Positions 1-7,911 of a stretch of 37,873 bases of DNA are shown here, piece after piece (position 1 is the first letter of the stretch; each line of letters opens with the position of its first letter). Position numbers and translations under genes: made by a program. A model generated the notes under the pieces. That model was not told the origin of the DNA. It saw only the letters and a program-made list of their open reading frames with translations, and did no database searches. Origin of the DNA: a virus; the IMG/VR virus record IMGVR_UViG_3300023504_000019, positions 1 to 37,873 of that record; one strand, given 5' to 3'.

Positions 1-55
1 AAGCGGTTCCACGTTCCCACATGTTCACATCGAACACCCGGTTAACATAAGGATC
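1..55. repeat. Terminal direct repeat, left copy (identical to 37819-37873)
   Basis: Read directly: aagcggttccacgttcccacatgttcacatcgaacacccggttaacataaggatc occurs at 1-55 and again at 37819-37873. This implies a circular or terminally redundant molecule with a 37,818-bp unit. Confidence 0.95.
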
Positions 56-1804
56 GCCATGTAGCTGAACATCCCCACGAACCGTACACCCCGCACCCAC
101 GTAGGCAGATCCTGTGACCTCCGGTGCTTTCGTGTGGTCTATGATTCGCAGAGTCCTGTTAAGCGCAATGAAATCCGTTACATTTATTGCGGAATCGTCA
201 TCCTTTCTGAATACCATAACCACATATGGATAGGTAGTGTCTAGTCCGGTCGGATCCGTAACAGAAGAGCGTTTTATGAAATCCTCGTCCAAGTAAACGA
301 AATCTCTCACCGAATACCCGGCGGGTAAAGACGGGAACGATAAGCCAAAAGTAGGCAGCGGTTTACCTGTCCGGACCCGGACAGAGCTATTCGCCTTAAT
401 GTATTCATAAGGTAACTGACCACCTCCGTATAATCCTTGCTCCATAATAGACCCATCCAAAGGAATGCGCTCTTCTGCTTGATACAGTATAGCCGTATCA
501 GCCAAGTTACCCTTGTGACTAACGAATCCTAAAGCACTAGGACCACCGGACATGCGGTATATTCCCTGCTTATGACTTGAAATGAATCTAGTGTATCCCG
601 CCATCGTGAATCCCAAGTCTTCGTTTGCGTAGGAGAAATCTATGTCTTCGTAGGTATTCCTGTTTATAACGTCATTTAGGAATTCAGCTTTAGGGACAAT
701 ACATCTACGAAGCGTTAAATTCCCCTCCGCAGCCAAACTATCGTTGTAAGTAGTATTGTCTACCCGTAACAGGGGACAATCATAAGCGGAGATGTAAGTA
801 TCCCGGTTTGCATTGGTTCTGTGAGAATCACCTAGATACTTAGTATATTCCAGCCGTTCCACATTCCGGAATGTACCATACAGTTTATAATCCGGTCTAT
901 CCGTCTTTGTGTACATGGCAGTATTGTACATTCTGCCAGCCAAGAATCGCAGTTGCGTGGTATTCAATCCAAAGTTGTCGGTTTCCGCAATGAAAGAAGA
1001 ATTGACCATCACGTACTGACCCGAAGCTGACTCCGGACGAAGGTCCTGTAACAGGGAACCGCTAATGTGTCCGAGTATCTTAGCTCCGGTAGCCAACAGA
1101 TTAGCGGGGGTCATTGCAGTTCCGTCAGCCTTCACTATGGATACCATAGCTAGTCTGTAAACTGAATGGTTTAACTTTATCAGTCCTGCTCGGACTGCTG
1201 TAGATTCCCCCGAATACGCTAGTTGCTTAGAGCTGTCGTAGTATGCCCAAAATACCCTAGCTCTATAGCCTGTTGGGATATATAAATACGTGTTCCGTCC
1301 TAGCCGTAAGGTAGCGGTGTTTCTACATGCGCTAGTGTCATCTAATCTCATAGACGCTGAAGTAAACAAGGTCCCTTTTGCTGCTTCTGCTTTTAAGTCC
1401 CCCTGCTCAAACGGGAACGCTGTTGCAGTGGTAGAAGGTCCGCAAAGGACATCCATAGACACCCCGATGAATGAATCTTTTGCATAAAAATTGTTTATCG
1501 GGGTGTCTATTAGATTTCGCACTATTATTTTACCCGGTATCAACGTGTTACCACTAAATTCAGTTACGCCGTCCGTGCGCACTCCGGTAGTTCCTACGAA
1601 GTCCCCTACATAAGCATTATCCTTAATACGAATATCCGGTCTACCCGAGATGTCCCCACCTGCTAGCCAACACTCACCCTCCTGCGATAACTGCGCCTCG
1701 CTAGCGATTTTACCGCCTACTGCCCCTTTCGGGATAAAGCCGCCGAGAGAGTATATGTCTCTCTCGGCCACTATGTTACCTGTTCCGTTAATACTATATT
1801 TCAT
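1..1804 (-). CDS. Tail fibre / receptor-binding protein: N-terminal 601 codons of a 904-aa ORF that crosses the circular junction into 36908-37818
   Basis: ATG at 1804, 4 nt after the stop of the 664-aa ORF. My manual translation (MKYSINGTGNIVAERDIYSLGG...) met no stop down to base 1. Frame check: 1804-37 = 1767 = 3 x 589, so it is in frame with track ORF 36908..37855, whose first codon is an internal GTG. Not in the ORF track because it runs off the window edge. Function is inferred from size, position beside another fibre-like ORF and repetitive domain architecture. Confidence 0.65.
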   Translation of the reverse strand, partial: MKYSINGTGNIVAERDIYSLGGFIPKGAVGGKIASEAQLSQEGECWLAGGDISGRPDIRIKDNAYVGDFVGTTGVRTDGVTEFSGNTLIPGKIIVRNLIDTPINNFYAKDSFIGVSMDVLCGPSTTATAFPFEQGDLKAEAAKGTLFTSASMRLDDTSACRNTATLRLGRNTYLYIPTGYRARVFWAYYDSSKQLAYSGESTAVRAGLIKLNHSVYRLAMVSIVKADGTAMTPANLLATGAKILGHISGSLLQDLRPESASGQYVMVNSSFIAETDNFGLNTTQLRFLAGRMYNTAMYTKTDRPDYKLYGTFRNVERLEYTKYLGDSHRTNANRDTYISAYDCPLLRVDNTTYNDSLAAEGNLTLRRCIVPKAEFLNDVINRNTYEDIDFSYANEDLGFTMAGYTRFISSHKQGIYRMSGGPSALGFVSHKGNLADTAILYQAEERIPLDGSIMEQGLYGGGQLPYEYIKANSSVRVRTGKPLPTFGLSFPSLPAGYSVRDFVYLDEDFIKRSSVTDPTGLDTTYPYVVMVFRKDDDSAINVTDFIALNRTLRIIDHTKAPEVTGSAYVGAGCTVRGDVQLHGDPYVNRVFDVNMWERGTA

Positions 1805-1807
1805 ATC

Positions 1808-3802
1808 TTACCAAGTTGTTTTAGTTGGTGGTACATCTGCTACCTCTATCTGCGATACATCAGAGAGTACGCGTTTACCGTAGATCGTTCTTGCACCGGA
1901 TGCAGCGAAGTTTCCTACTAAGGTTATTTCCCCTCTTATGTCTACCGACGCCGTTCCTTCTACCCGTGCACGGTCTTTCAATACAAGTTTCCCGTAGACG
2001 GTGGCTGCACTATTCGCATCTGCACGCACGATTCGGGAATCGTCCCGCATTATCAGTTCTCCCACGAATCCAATAGCGGCATCTAATACCGCATTATCCG
2101 ACATAACTAGGTTCATTACTCCCGATGCCGCGTCCCGTTGTTTCAGTACTTTCGCGTTTCCGGACAGAATCAATCTTCTAATAATCGGAGGATTCGCCAC
2201 AACGGCGGGAATGTACTTCGCATTGTCAGCCATGTAAATGTAACCTTCGACATTACCGTTCTTCAATTCAGCATTGCCTCCGATGTAGCCGTTACCCTTA
2301 AGTGGCGTATCGGTTACCTGTGCGTTCCCTTCGATCCTGAATGATCCGTCAATTACAATCGTAGTTGCTGTTGTGTTCACAAGCTGACTAGCACCGTCCT
2401 GCGTGCCTCCGAATACGTTGCCTCCTCTGATTGTGAAAAGACCCGTAATAGTGCAGTCTTTGTATATGACGCTCTCATAACCTGATACGCTACCTATGTT
2501 CCAGTTAACCACGCTAGCATGAGCTTCTACTAAAGCCAAGAAGGTTTTTCCGCTCGAACTGTATAGGCGATACATTCCCTGTACGTTAGAACTTACTAGA
2601 CTGATAGTGGAATTCTTAGACGGGGACTTCCCTAAGTCCGCCATAGCCTTGGTGAAGTCGATGTTATCCCATACGTTCACCTTTGGGTCGTAGTAATGGA
2701 TCGCCGAACCTGCGGGCATGTTACACTGCTTAAAGTAGAACGTCTTGCCGGATGCATACATAGCAGTTAGGTCGGGGAACACCACGGACGAAAATTCGAA
2801 GTTCGGGCAATCGGTCACGTTGAAAAGTCCCTTTATTACGTAAACCTCCGATACGCTAGCCGGAGTATTGATGTTCGTGTTACGGAACACACCGGAAATG
2901 TGATGGCTAACCCCACCCGTCAATACCAAGTTGTAATTGACCTTGATAAAGTCCGCATTCGCCAGGAATATATTTTGTTTATCGAACACGCATTCCACAC
3001 GGATGTATGAATTCTGAACGACTGATTTGGTAGGTGACGCGGATAGCCCCGATACCGTGTACCGTAGCATGTTACTAGCATTAGTTACAGCACCATTATA
3101 CACTGGAACGATAGACGAATTGAACACGGTTATCTCGGATGCCCTTGCCTGTGTTACGGTCACCCCTGCTGCGGTCACGTCCGCCGGAGTTATTGCCGTT
3201 TCGGTTACTCCGCGAACCTCCACAAGGATATACGGTGCTGTCGAAGTCAAGGTAACAGCAGGACCGCCAACGGCCCAATCAGTTGCGGACACAACGATTC
3301 CGGCTTCGTTCAATGAAATTAACCTAGCTCTGTAGGCGGTGCCTGTGATAGCCACCATTCCCACAGTCCCGGCATGTATTGGTACCGGAATTCTCACACG
3401 GTTAGCTGAGGGCGATTTAACGGGAACGCTCCCCACCACCGCGCCATATGCACCTTGCTCAAACATAGCTGGGGTCTGCGCTACCTCAGATACGCCCGTT
3501 TCAAACGAGATAGCACCCATGATACGGGAATTACCGGAAATGATAGTAGCTTTAGGTCTAGCGCTGCTCTTTGGTAGGTTGTTACCCATGTCCACAATAG
3601 CCTCATCCATAACACGTACACCGGGATATTCCAGTGACCCGCTAAATATCCAACAGTTACCGTCCTGCGACAACGTGTTAGCATCGTAGACGTATCCGCC
3701 TAGTTCCATAGGACAAACGTCCCGCCCTTGTACCGTGAAGGGGCGTAACGCTCTTACCCGTTTACGCCCGCCTTCATCGATAATGTCATACTTACAACTC
3801 AT
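1808..3802 (-). CDS. Tail fibre / tailspike-like protein (664 aa), paralogous in parts to the 904-aa fibre
   Basis: ATG at 3802. The C-terminal 200 aa consist of repeated G-N-A-x-V / G-x-x-x-V turns (GNAQVTD, GGNAELKNGNVEG, SGNAKVL, SDNAVLD), suggestive of a beta-helix. It shares the SQ[DE]G[NE]CW motif and an FEQG-initiated module with the neighbouring fibre. Confidence 0.5.
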   Translation of the reverse strand: MSCKYDIIDEGGRKRVRALRPFTVQGRDVCPMELGGYVYDANTLSQDGNCWIFSGSLEYPGVRVMDEAIVDMGNNLPKSSARPKATIISGNSRIMGAISFETGVSEVAQTPAMFEQGAYGAVVGSVPVKSPSANRVRIPVPIHAGTVGMVAITGTAYRARLISLNEAGIVVSATDWAVGGPAVTLTSTAPYILVEVRGVTETAITPADVTAAGVTVTQARASEITVFNSSIVPVYNGAVTNASNMLRYTVSGLSASPTKSVVQNSYIRVECVFDKQNIFLANADFIKVNYNLVLTGGVSHHISGVFRNTNINTPASVSEVYVIKGLFNVTDCPNFEFSSVVFPDLTAMYASGKTFYFKQCNMPAGSAIHYYDPKVNVWDNIDFTKAMADLGKSPSKNSTISLVSSNVQGMYRLYSSSGKTFLALVEAHASVVNWNIGSVSGYESVIYKDCTITGLFTIRGGNVFGGTQDGASQLVNTTATTIVIDGSFRIEGNAQVTDTPLKGNGYIGGNAELKNGNVEGYIYMADNAKYIPAVVANPPIIRRLILSGNAKVLKQRDAASGVMNLVMSDNAVLDAAIGFVGELIMRDDSRIVRADANSAATVYGKLVLKDRARVEGTASVDIRGEITLVGNFAASGARTIYGKRVLSDVSQIEVADVPPTKTTW

Positions 3803-3804
3803 AA

Positions 3805-4452
3805 TTACTTAGTTTTAGATTTTTGCCTCTCTACTTCCTCGTGTCTTGCGCTAATCGCCAATATCACGTCGGAGTAGTTTATCAACTTAGCTTCTTCGAA
3901 GGTACAGTGCATCAGTTCTGCTGCTAGCTGTATCATTCCAAGAACACTTTTAGCCTCTGCAATCGGATTACTTTCGACTTTCCCACCTCCGGCGGGTAAC
4001 AGGACTCGTTCGAATTGATCTGCCCGGTCTATCTCACCTGCTATGAACTTTGACATCTTCACCATATCGGCGATGGTTTCCGGAACGTAGCCTCCGGTCC
4101 ATCCTTTGATACGGTCTACCGCCGTTTCCGCCATCCGTGCCTCGATCATCTGCCAAAGCGTGATATCCTCCAACCGTGGGCACGTGTAGTGGATTCTGCC
4201 ATTTCTTGTAATCCACTGCGAAGGTAGTAAATATTCAGACATGGTGCGCAATAACTCCGCATCATCTTCCGATAACTCCCTCATTTCGTCCGGTCTAAGG
4301 TTCGCGATAGCCCGCATCGCCATAAGCCGTTGCTTCCGGCTGATTCTCCGGACCGTCCATTTCCACGCCTCCTTAATCGGTCGTAGCAATGGCTTCACGT
4401 GGAACACATAGATGTAGTTCCTGTAACTCTTAATCTTACTAATTTGTTTCAT
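3805..4452 (-). CDS. Hypothetical late protein (215 aa from MKQISKIKSY)
   Basis: Track ORF 3805..4476. I prefer the ATG at 4452 because it forms an ATGA overlap with a small upstream ORF. No motif recognised. Confidence 0.55.
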   Translation of the reverse strand: MKQISKIKSYRNYIYVFHVKPLLRPIKEAWKWTVRRISRKQRLMAMRAIANLRPDEMRELSEDDAELLRTMSEYLLPSQWITRNGRIHYTCPRLEDITLWQMIEARMAETAVDRIKGWTGGYVPETIADMVKMSKFIAGEIDRADQFERVLLPAGGGKVESNPIAEAKSVLGMIQLAAELMHCTFEEAKLINYSDVILAISARHEEVERQKSKTK

Positions 4453-4529
4453 AACGCATATTCTCTGTCGGTCCACGGATTGAAATCTTCCTCTATCGGC
4501 GGACCCGGTTCAACTTGGTAATGTTTCAT
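4449..4529 (-). CDS. Possible 26-aa micro-ORF (MKHYQVEPGPPIEEDFNPWTDREYAL) bridging terL and the next gene
   Basis: ATG at 4529 lies 4 nt after the terL stop. Its TGA overlaps the ATG at 4452. It is below the 60-aa track cut-off and supported only by this translational-coupling geometry. Confidence 0.2.
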   Translation of the reverse strand: MKHYQVEPGPPIEEDFNPWTDREYAL

Positions 4530-4533
4530 GATT

Positions 4534-5697
4534 CTATGATTTGCGGGAACGTCCCGGTTTATACTTGGCAATTAGGTACTCCACCGCATAACGGGTAGCG
4601 TCCATTGCGTGGTTATGGTCATCTATCGCCTCTGTGACGTCATACAAGCCCGTCATTCGATCCAACACATAAGAATAGGTATCTAGCTCATCCGTGATCC
4701 CTCGGCTTCCCACAACCACGCAAATCTTCTTGAATTGCTTGATTTGTGCGATGCCCGACATGATGGACCCCGCCCCCTTGATGCAAGGAAATATCTTGCA
4801 CCCCAGTGACGAGATTTCAGCGATACTCTTTTGCTCGGCCGAATCGGCGATAGTCACAACCTTATGCAGCCCTTTCGACTTAAGCAGCGTAGCGATATCC
4901 CAGTTAAGCAGACCGGGCGTATATGCGATTTCCTGCAAATACAGAACGTCATCCAAGAAACCTACTTTCACGATCGCCGTAGGGTCACCCGTGAAACCGA
5001 AGTCCATCCCAAGACAGAATTTAGCGGTAGCCGGGAATTCCTGCACCATCTCGTATTCCGGGAATATCAGACCCTCGGTTCCGCCTGTCTCGCCTTCACC
5101 GAATACCCGCCACCAGTTTTCATCGTTCCTGTTGGATTCGATTTCCTCGACTTGTTCGGGCGTCAGATACGGATTATCGCGATACGTGGAAACTATCTCC
5201 ACCATGTTGTCTCCTACAAAGTACTCGTGTGCCCAAAACTTCTTGACTGGATTAAAGTCAACGAATAGCATGAGACGGGTACGGACCGCCATCTGTCTGA
5301 ACACTTCTTTAGGGACCCTTTGCGCCTCATTGACAAAGAGGATGTCACGGGCGGGACCGAATACCTTAGCGGAATTCTCGCACCCGAAAAATTCGATCTG
5401 TGACCCGTTCTCCGTGGTGTAGATCATCTCGGTGTACTGCATCCGCTTCTCGGACCATACCCCCTCATCCTGTAACATACGTTTGAAGTCACGGAACATA
5501 CCACGCTTCACGCCGGGCAATGTATCCGTGACACACGAAATAAGGAGCGGCTTCTCCGATTGAGTAGCCATCAAGTAGATTAGTTGCAGCATGGACCATG
5601 TTTTCGAGGATCGTGTTCCGCCTCGACTGGATACCCCGCGGATATTCGGGTCCACGGCTGCTGCTAATAACTTGTCAAATACATACGTGGTTTTCAT
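4534..5697 (-). CDS. terL: Terminase large subunit (387 aa)
   Basis: Walker A-like RGGTRSSKTW, Walker B-like ILFVNEAQ. RNaseH-like nuclease motifs GMDFGFTGDPTAIV, IADSAEQKSIAEI and DDHNHAMDATRYA, typical of PBSX/Terminase_3-type TerL. ATGA overlap with the upstream terS. Confidence 0.9.
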   Translation of the reverse strand: MKTTYVFDKLLAAAVDPNIRGVSSRGGTRSSKTWSMLQLIYLMATQSEKPLLISCVTDTLPGVKRGMFRDFKRMLQDEGVWSEKRMQYTEMIYTTENGSQIEFFGCENSAKVFGPARDILFVNEAQRVPKEVFRQMAVRTRLMLFVDFNPVKKFWAHEYFVGDNMVEIVSTYRDNPYLTPEQVEEIESNRNDENWWRVFGEGETGGTEGLIFPEYEMVQEFPATAKFCLGMDFGFTGDPTAIVKVGFLDDVLYLQEIAYTPGLLNWDIATLLKSKGLHKVVTIADSAEQKSIAEISSLGCKIFPCIKGAGSIMSGIAQIKQFKKICVVVGSRGITDELDTYSYVLDRMTGLYDVTEAIDDHNHAMDATRYAVEYLIAKYKPGRSRKS

Positions 5698-6317
5698 TCC
5701 TTCGGTTTATCCTTTAAGTTCTCAACTCCTTTAGCTTTCCTTTCTCTCTTAGTGGAAATGCCTCGCAACTGCTGCAAATTACCTGCTGCTTCGTTGCTGA
5801 GTACCTCCACCTTCAATGATCCTTCTACCTTCTCGCCGCCACTGGTGACATCCCTGTATTCCTTTAGCCCTCTTAGCTTGGCGGTGTAAGTGGCATCGAA
5901 CTGTCCTACCATCGCCGATTTATCCATGTCGTCACGAATCCATTCACGGATGTTATCTATCTCTCTCATGAACTTCGCTGATTCCGCATCTCCAAACTTT
6001 TCGTGCATATCCTTGTAACTCTTCATGCGGTCGGTTAGGTAGCTCCCGTTTGCGCCGAGGAACTGAGTAAATCCGAATTCAGTTACCATCAGTTTCATTT
6101 TCTTCGTGTAACTACGTCCTGCGTTCATCCCCGACTTCACGTAATCAAGCACCTCGATCGGGTGATTCCGGCACCATTGGACGTACACATCGAACACTTC
6201 CCGTAGCTGTCCCGGTTCCGTGAATAGCGGCGTCTTGCCGAATCGTGCGGTGTAAAGACTCCACAGTTCATCGCCGGAGTAGGGGTCGTATATATCGTTT
6301 AATAATTTATTTGCCAT
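5694..6317 (-). CDS. terS: Putative terminase small subunit (207 aa from MANKLL)
   Basis: Immediately upstream of and overlapping terL. First gene after a promoter. The N-terminal segment ...LREVFDVYVQWCRNHP resembles the gp3-type packaging-protein pattern. The track start at 6329 is a GTG; the ATG at 6317 is more likely. Confidence 0.5.
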   Translation of the reverse strand: MANKLLNDIYDPYSGDELWSLYTARFGKTPLFTEPGQLREVFDVYVQWCRNHPIEVLDYVKSGMNAGRSYTKKMKLMVTEFGFTQFLGANGSYLTDRMKSYKDMHEKFGDAESAKFMREIDNIREWIRDDMDKSAMVGQFDATYTAKLRGLKEYRDVTSGGEKVEGSLKVEVLSNEAAGNLQQLRGISTKRERKAKGVENLKDKPKE

Positions 6318-6350
6318 ATCAATGTACACATGCGTGGTTATTTAATGCGG

Positions 6351-6382
6351 CAAAGGTAAGAGAAACAACTGATGATTCCAAA
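6351..6382 (-). promoter_or_regulatory. Bacteroidota-type promoter driving terS and the late arc
   Basis: On the minus strand: TTTG (6382-6379), 20-nt spacer, TACCTTTG (6358-6351). This is an exact fit to TTTG-N19-21-TAnnTTTG, 26-40 nt upstream of the terS start candidates. Confidence 0.6.
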
Positions 6383-6439
6383 GAGGACCGGACCAAGTTA
6401 TGGCGTGCCGGATGGGGCCGTGAATCGCTAGGTCATCTC

Positions 6440-7080
6440 ACTGCAAAATCGGGTGGATAGATTACTAATCACTATAAACACGTGATTCTCAGACGCTTAC
6501 AAAAAAGGTGATAGGTAGTGATTTTTTACTATCACCTGTAACTCACTGATTCACTGCTATTTACAGAAAATGGATAGATCGATAGGAAAATCTCAAAGAG
6601 TATATCAGAAAAACACGGTTTGCGATGTTCAATTAACATAATCGAATTAACACAATTCATCAACACACCGTTTTTTTTCTTGTAATAGCAAATACCCCAT
6701 TTTTACCTATTTTCCTATCATCCCTATCATAACTAACTAATAATCAGTAACTTACAATGATAGATATATAAATAGGCATCTATCTTTAAATATGTTAACT
6801 ACCTTGAAATGAGCAAGTTACAATGATTGGTAAAAAATCACTACCTATCCATTTTCTCCTACTTGGTTTGTATCTTACTGTATTTCAATCACTTATGAAG
6901 CTACTAGGGGACTCCCGTTTTCCCTGCCTTCCTATCTATATGGACCCTCGAAAACTACCGTTTTTAATGTTATGTAAATATTCTCGCTTCCGTATTTTCG
7001 CCTCACAGCACCTTTGTATCCAAACTATTCAAAACTAATCAAAAAGACGCAATGAAAAATTCGGACCCTAGATAGGGGTG
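6440..7080. repeat. Iteron-rich non-coding module A (GATAG-core repeats around an AT-rich spacer)
   Basis: GGATAGAT at 6455-6462 and 6572-6579. GATAGG at 6581-6586 and 7071-7076. GATAGAT at 6759-6765. Reverse copies CCTATC at 6714-6719 and 6723-6728, ATCTATCT at 6778-6785, CCTATCC at 6844-6850, CCTATCTAT at 6931-6939. Perfect dyad AGGTGATAG (6506-6514) / CTATCACCT (6529-6537). No credible ORF on either strand. Confidence 0.8.
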
Positions 7081-7228
7081 AAAAACTGTTCTTCCATTTT
7101 TTGGCAAAAATAGGGTGATTCAAAGGTTTTGCCTCGCTACTGTAAACATTTATACAGGCTAATTTCGGAAACGTTTTATCACACATTTCTCTACTTTGCA
7201 CAAAACACTACCGTCTCCCGAAAATAAG

Positions 7229-7269
7229 AAACGAGGACCCTCGGCAATCACACCGAAAAGTCCTCGTTT
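7229..7269 (-). terminator. Rho-independent-type terminator ending the early arc
   Basis: 10-bp stem AAACGAGGAC (7229-7238) / GTCCTCGTTT (7260-7269) with inner TCGG/CCGA pairing. On the minus strand it is followed by CTTATTTTCGG. It lies 26 nt downstream of the last early CDS. Confidence 0.6.
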
Positions 7270-7294
7270 GACACTATGAAATTAAGAAAAGGTT

Positions 7295-7909
7295 TTACAA
7301 CATTATTGCATATTTCTCGCAAATGTGGTTTAGAAAGCTATTTTTCAGCAGTGAATTCGTTTCCCCTTCCAAGAATACCCATGATGATCCGTCCCATTCG
7401 AAGATAGAAACGCCACCATTTGCGTAGTGCCGGACCTCATAGATCGGCGGCATCTCTCCGGCTTCCGGTTGTTCCCGACCTATCCGGATGAGGCGTTTGG
7501 TACGGGATTCCTTCGCTGCTAGCTTTTCTTCGAATTGCGCCGCTTCATATCGGGTGGTGGATAGACAGCCGTTCACCATCTTCTTTCTCTCCTCGCTTAC
7601 CGATAACGGGCTACGGCGTTCAAACAGGTTACGGCAAAACTCTTGGAACTCGATCCGGTTATCCTCGATAACGTGTGCCGGGCAAAGGTAACGAGGCGAC
7701 CCTTTTTTCATTGGGTCTAGCTCCGGCTTGTATCCCATCTGTCTCATGAACTGCATAAAGACGAACGCCCGCACATTAAAGATTCTAGCGACTTGCCTAA
7801 CATCTACACACCTAGTAGAAGGGCTATTAGCAATACGAACGCTGCACCCGCAACTAGTCCCACGGCGATCGCCGCAATTATCGAAAGTATGATTGATTTC
7901 ATTTTTCAT
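7295..7909 (-). CDS. Hypothetical early protein (204 aa from MKNEINHTF), last gene of the early arc
   Basis: Track ORF 7295..7984. The ATG at 7909 lies 2 nt after the upstream stop, so the longer form would overlap the preceding gene by 73 nt. Cys-rich N-terminus (CGDRRGTSCGCS). No family recognised. Confidence 0.55.
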   Translation of the reverse strand: MKNEINHTFDNCGDRRGTSCGCSVRIANSPSTRCVDVRQVARIFNVRAFVFMQFMRQMGYKPELDPMKKGSPRYLCPAHVIEDNRIEFQEFCRNLFERRSPLSVSEERKKMVNGCLSTTRYEAAQFEEKLAAKESRTKRLIRIGREQPEAGEMPPIYEVRHYANGGVSIFEWDGSSWVFLEGETNSLLKNSFLNHICEKYAIML

Positions 7910-7911
7910 TG

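Noticed and set aside
1-3802. Diversity-generating retroelement acting on the fibre genes
   Set aside because: No reverse transcriptase gene is present. I saw no near-identical template/variable repeat pair at the DNA level. The fibre modules are diverged at the protein level only.
4694-5422. 242-aa plus-strand ORF antisense to terL (and the nested 4831..5268 ORF)
   Set aside because: It is Ser/Thr/Pro-rich and low in complexity. It has no promoter or gap of its own and lies wholly inside a gene with unambiguous terminase motifs. This is a typical shadow ORF.
6245-7038. Plus-strand ORFs 6245..6460 and 6823..7038 inside non-coding module A
   Set aside because: They are short and run through iteron copies. 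Their composition is odd, and I found no plus-strand TTTG-N19-21-TAnnTTTG promoter in the region. The repeats explain the sequence better than coding does.
6440-7080. CRISPR-like array interpretation of the GGATAGAT repeats (also 23260-23650)
   Set aside because: The repeat core is only 8 nt (about 30 nt with the flanking element). Spacing is irregular and copies occur in both orientations, unlike the regular direct repeats of 24-48 nt in CRISPR arrays.
7030-7112. Additional -7-like boxes on the minus strand inside module A (TAGTTTTG at 7037-7030, TATTTTTG at 7112-7105)
   Set aside because: Neither has a TTTG at 19-21 nt upstream, and no gene follows. I kept them only as a weak hint that the module might be transcribed.
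6330-7294. tRNA or other classical structured RNA gene in the large non-coding blocks
   Set aside because: I could not find a cloverleaf-compatible arrangement or a GTTCGAAT-type T-loop in either block. This is a visual scan only; tRNAscan-SE or Infernal should confirm it.
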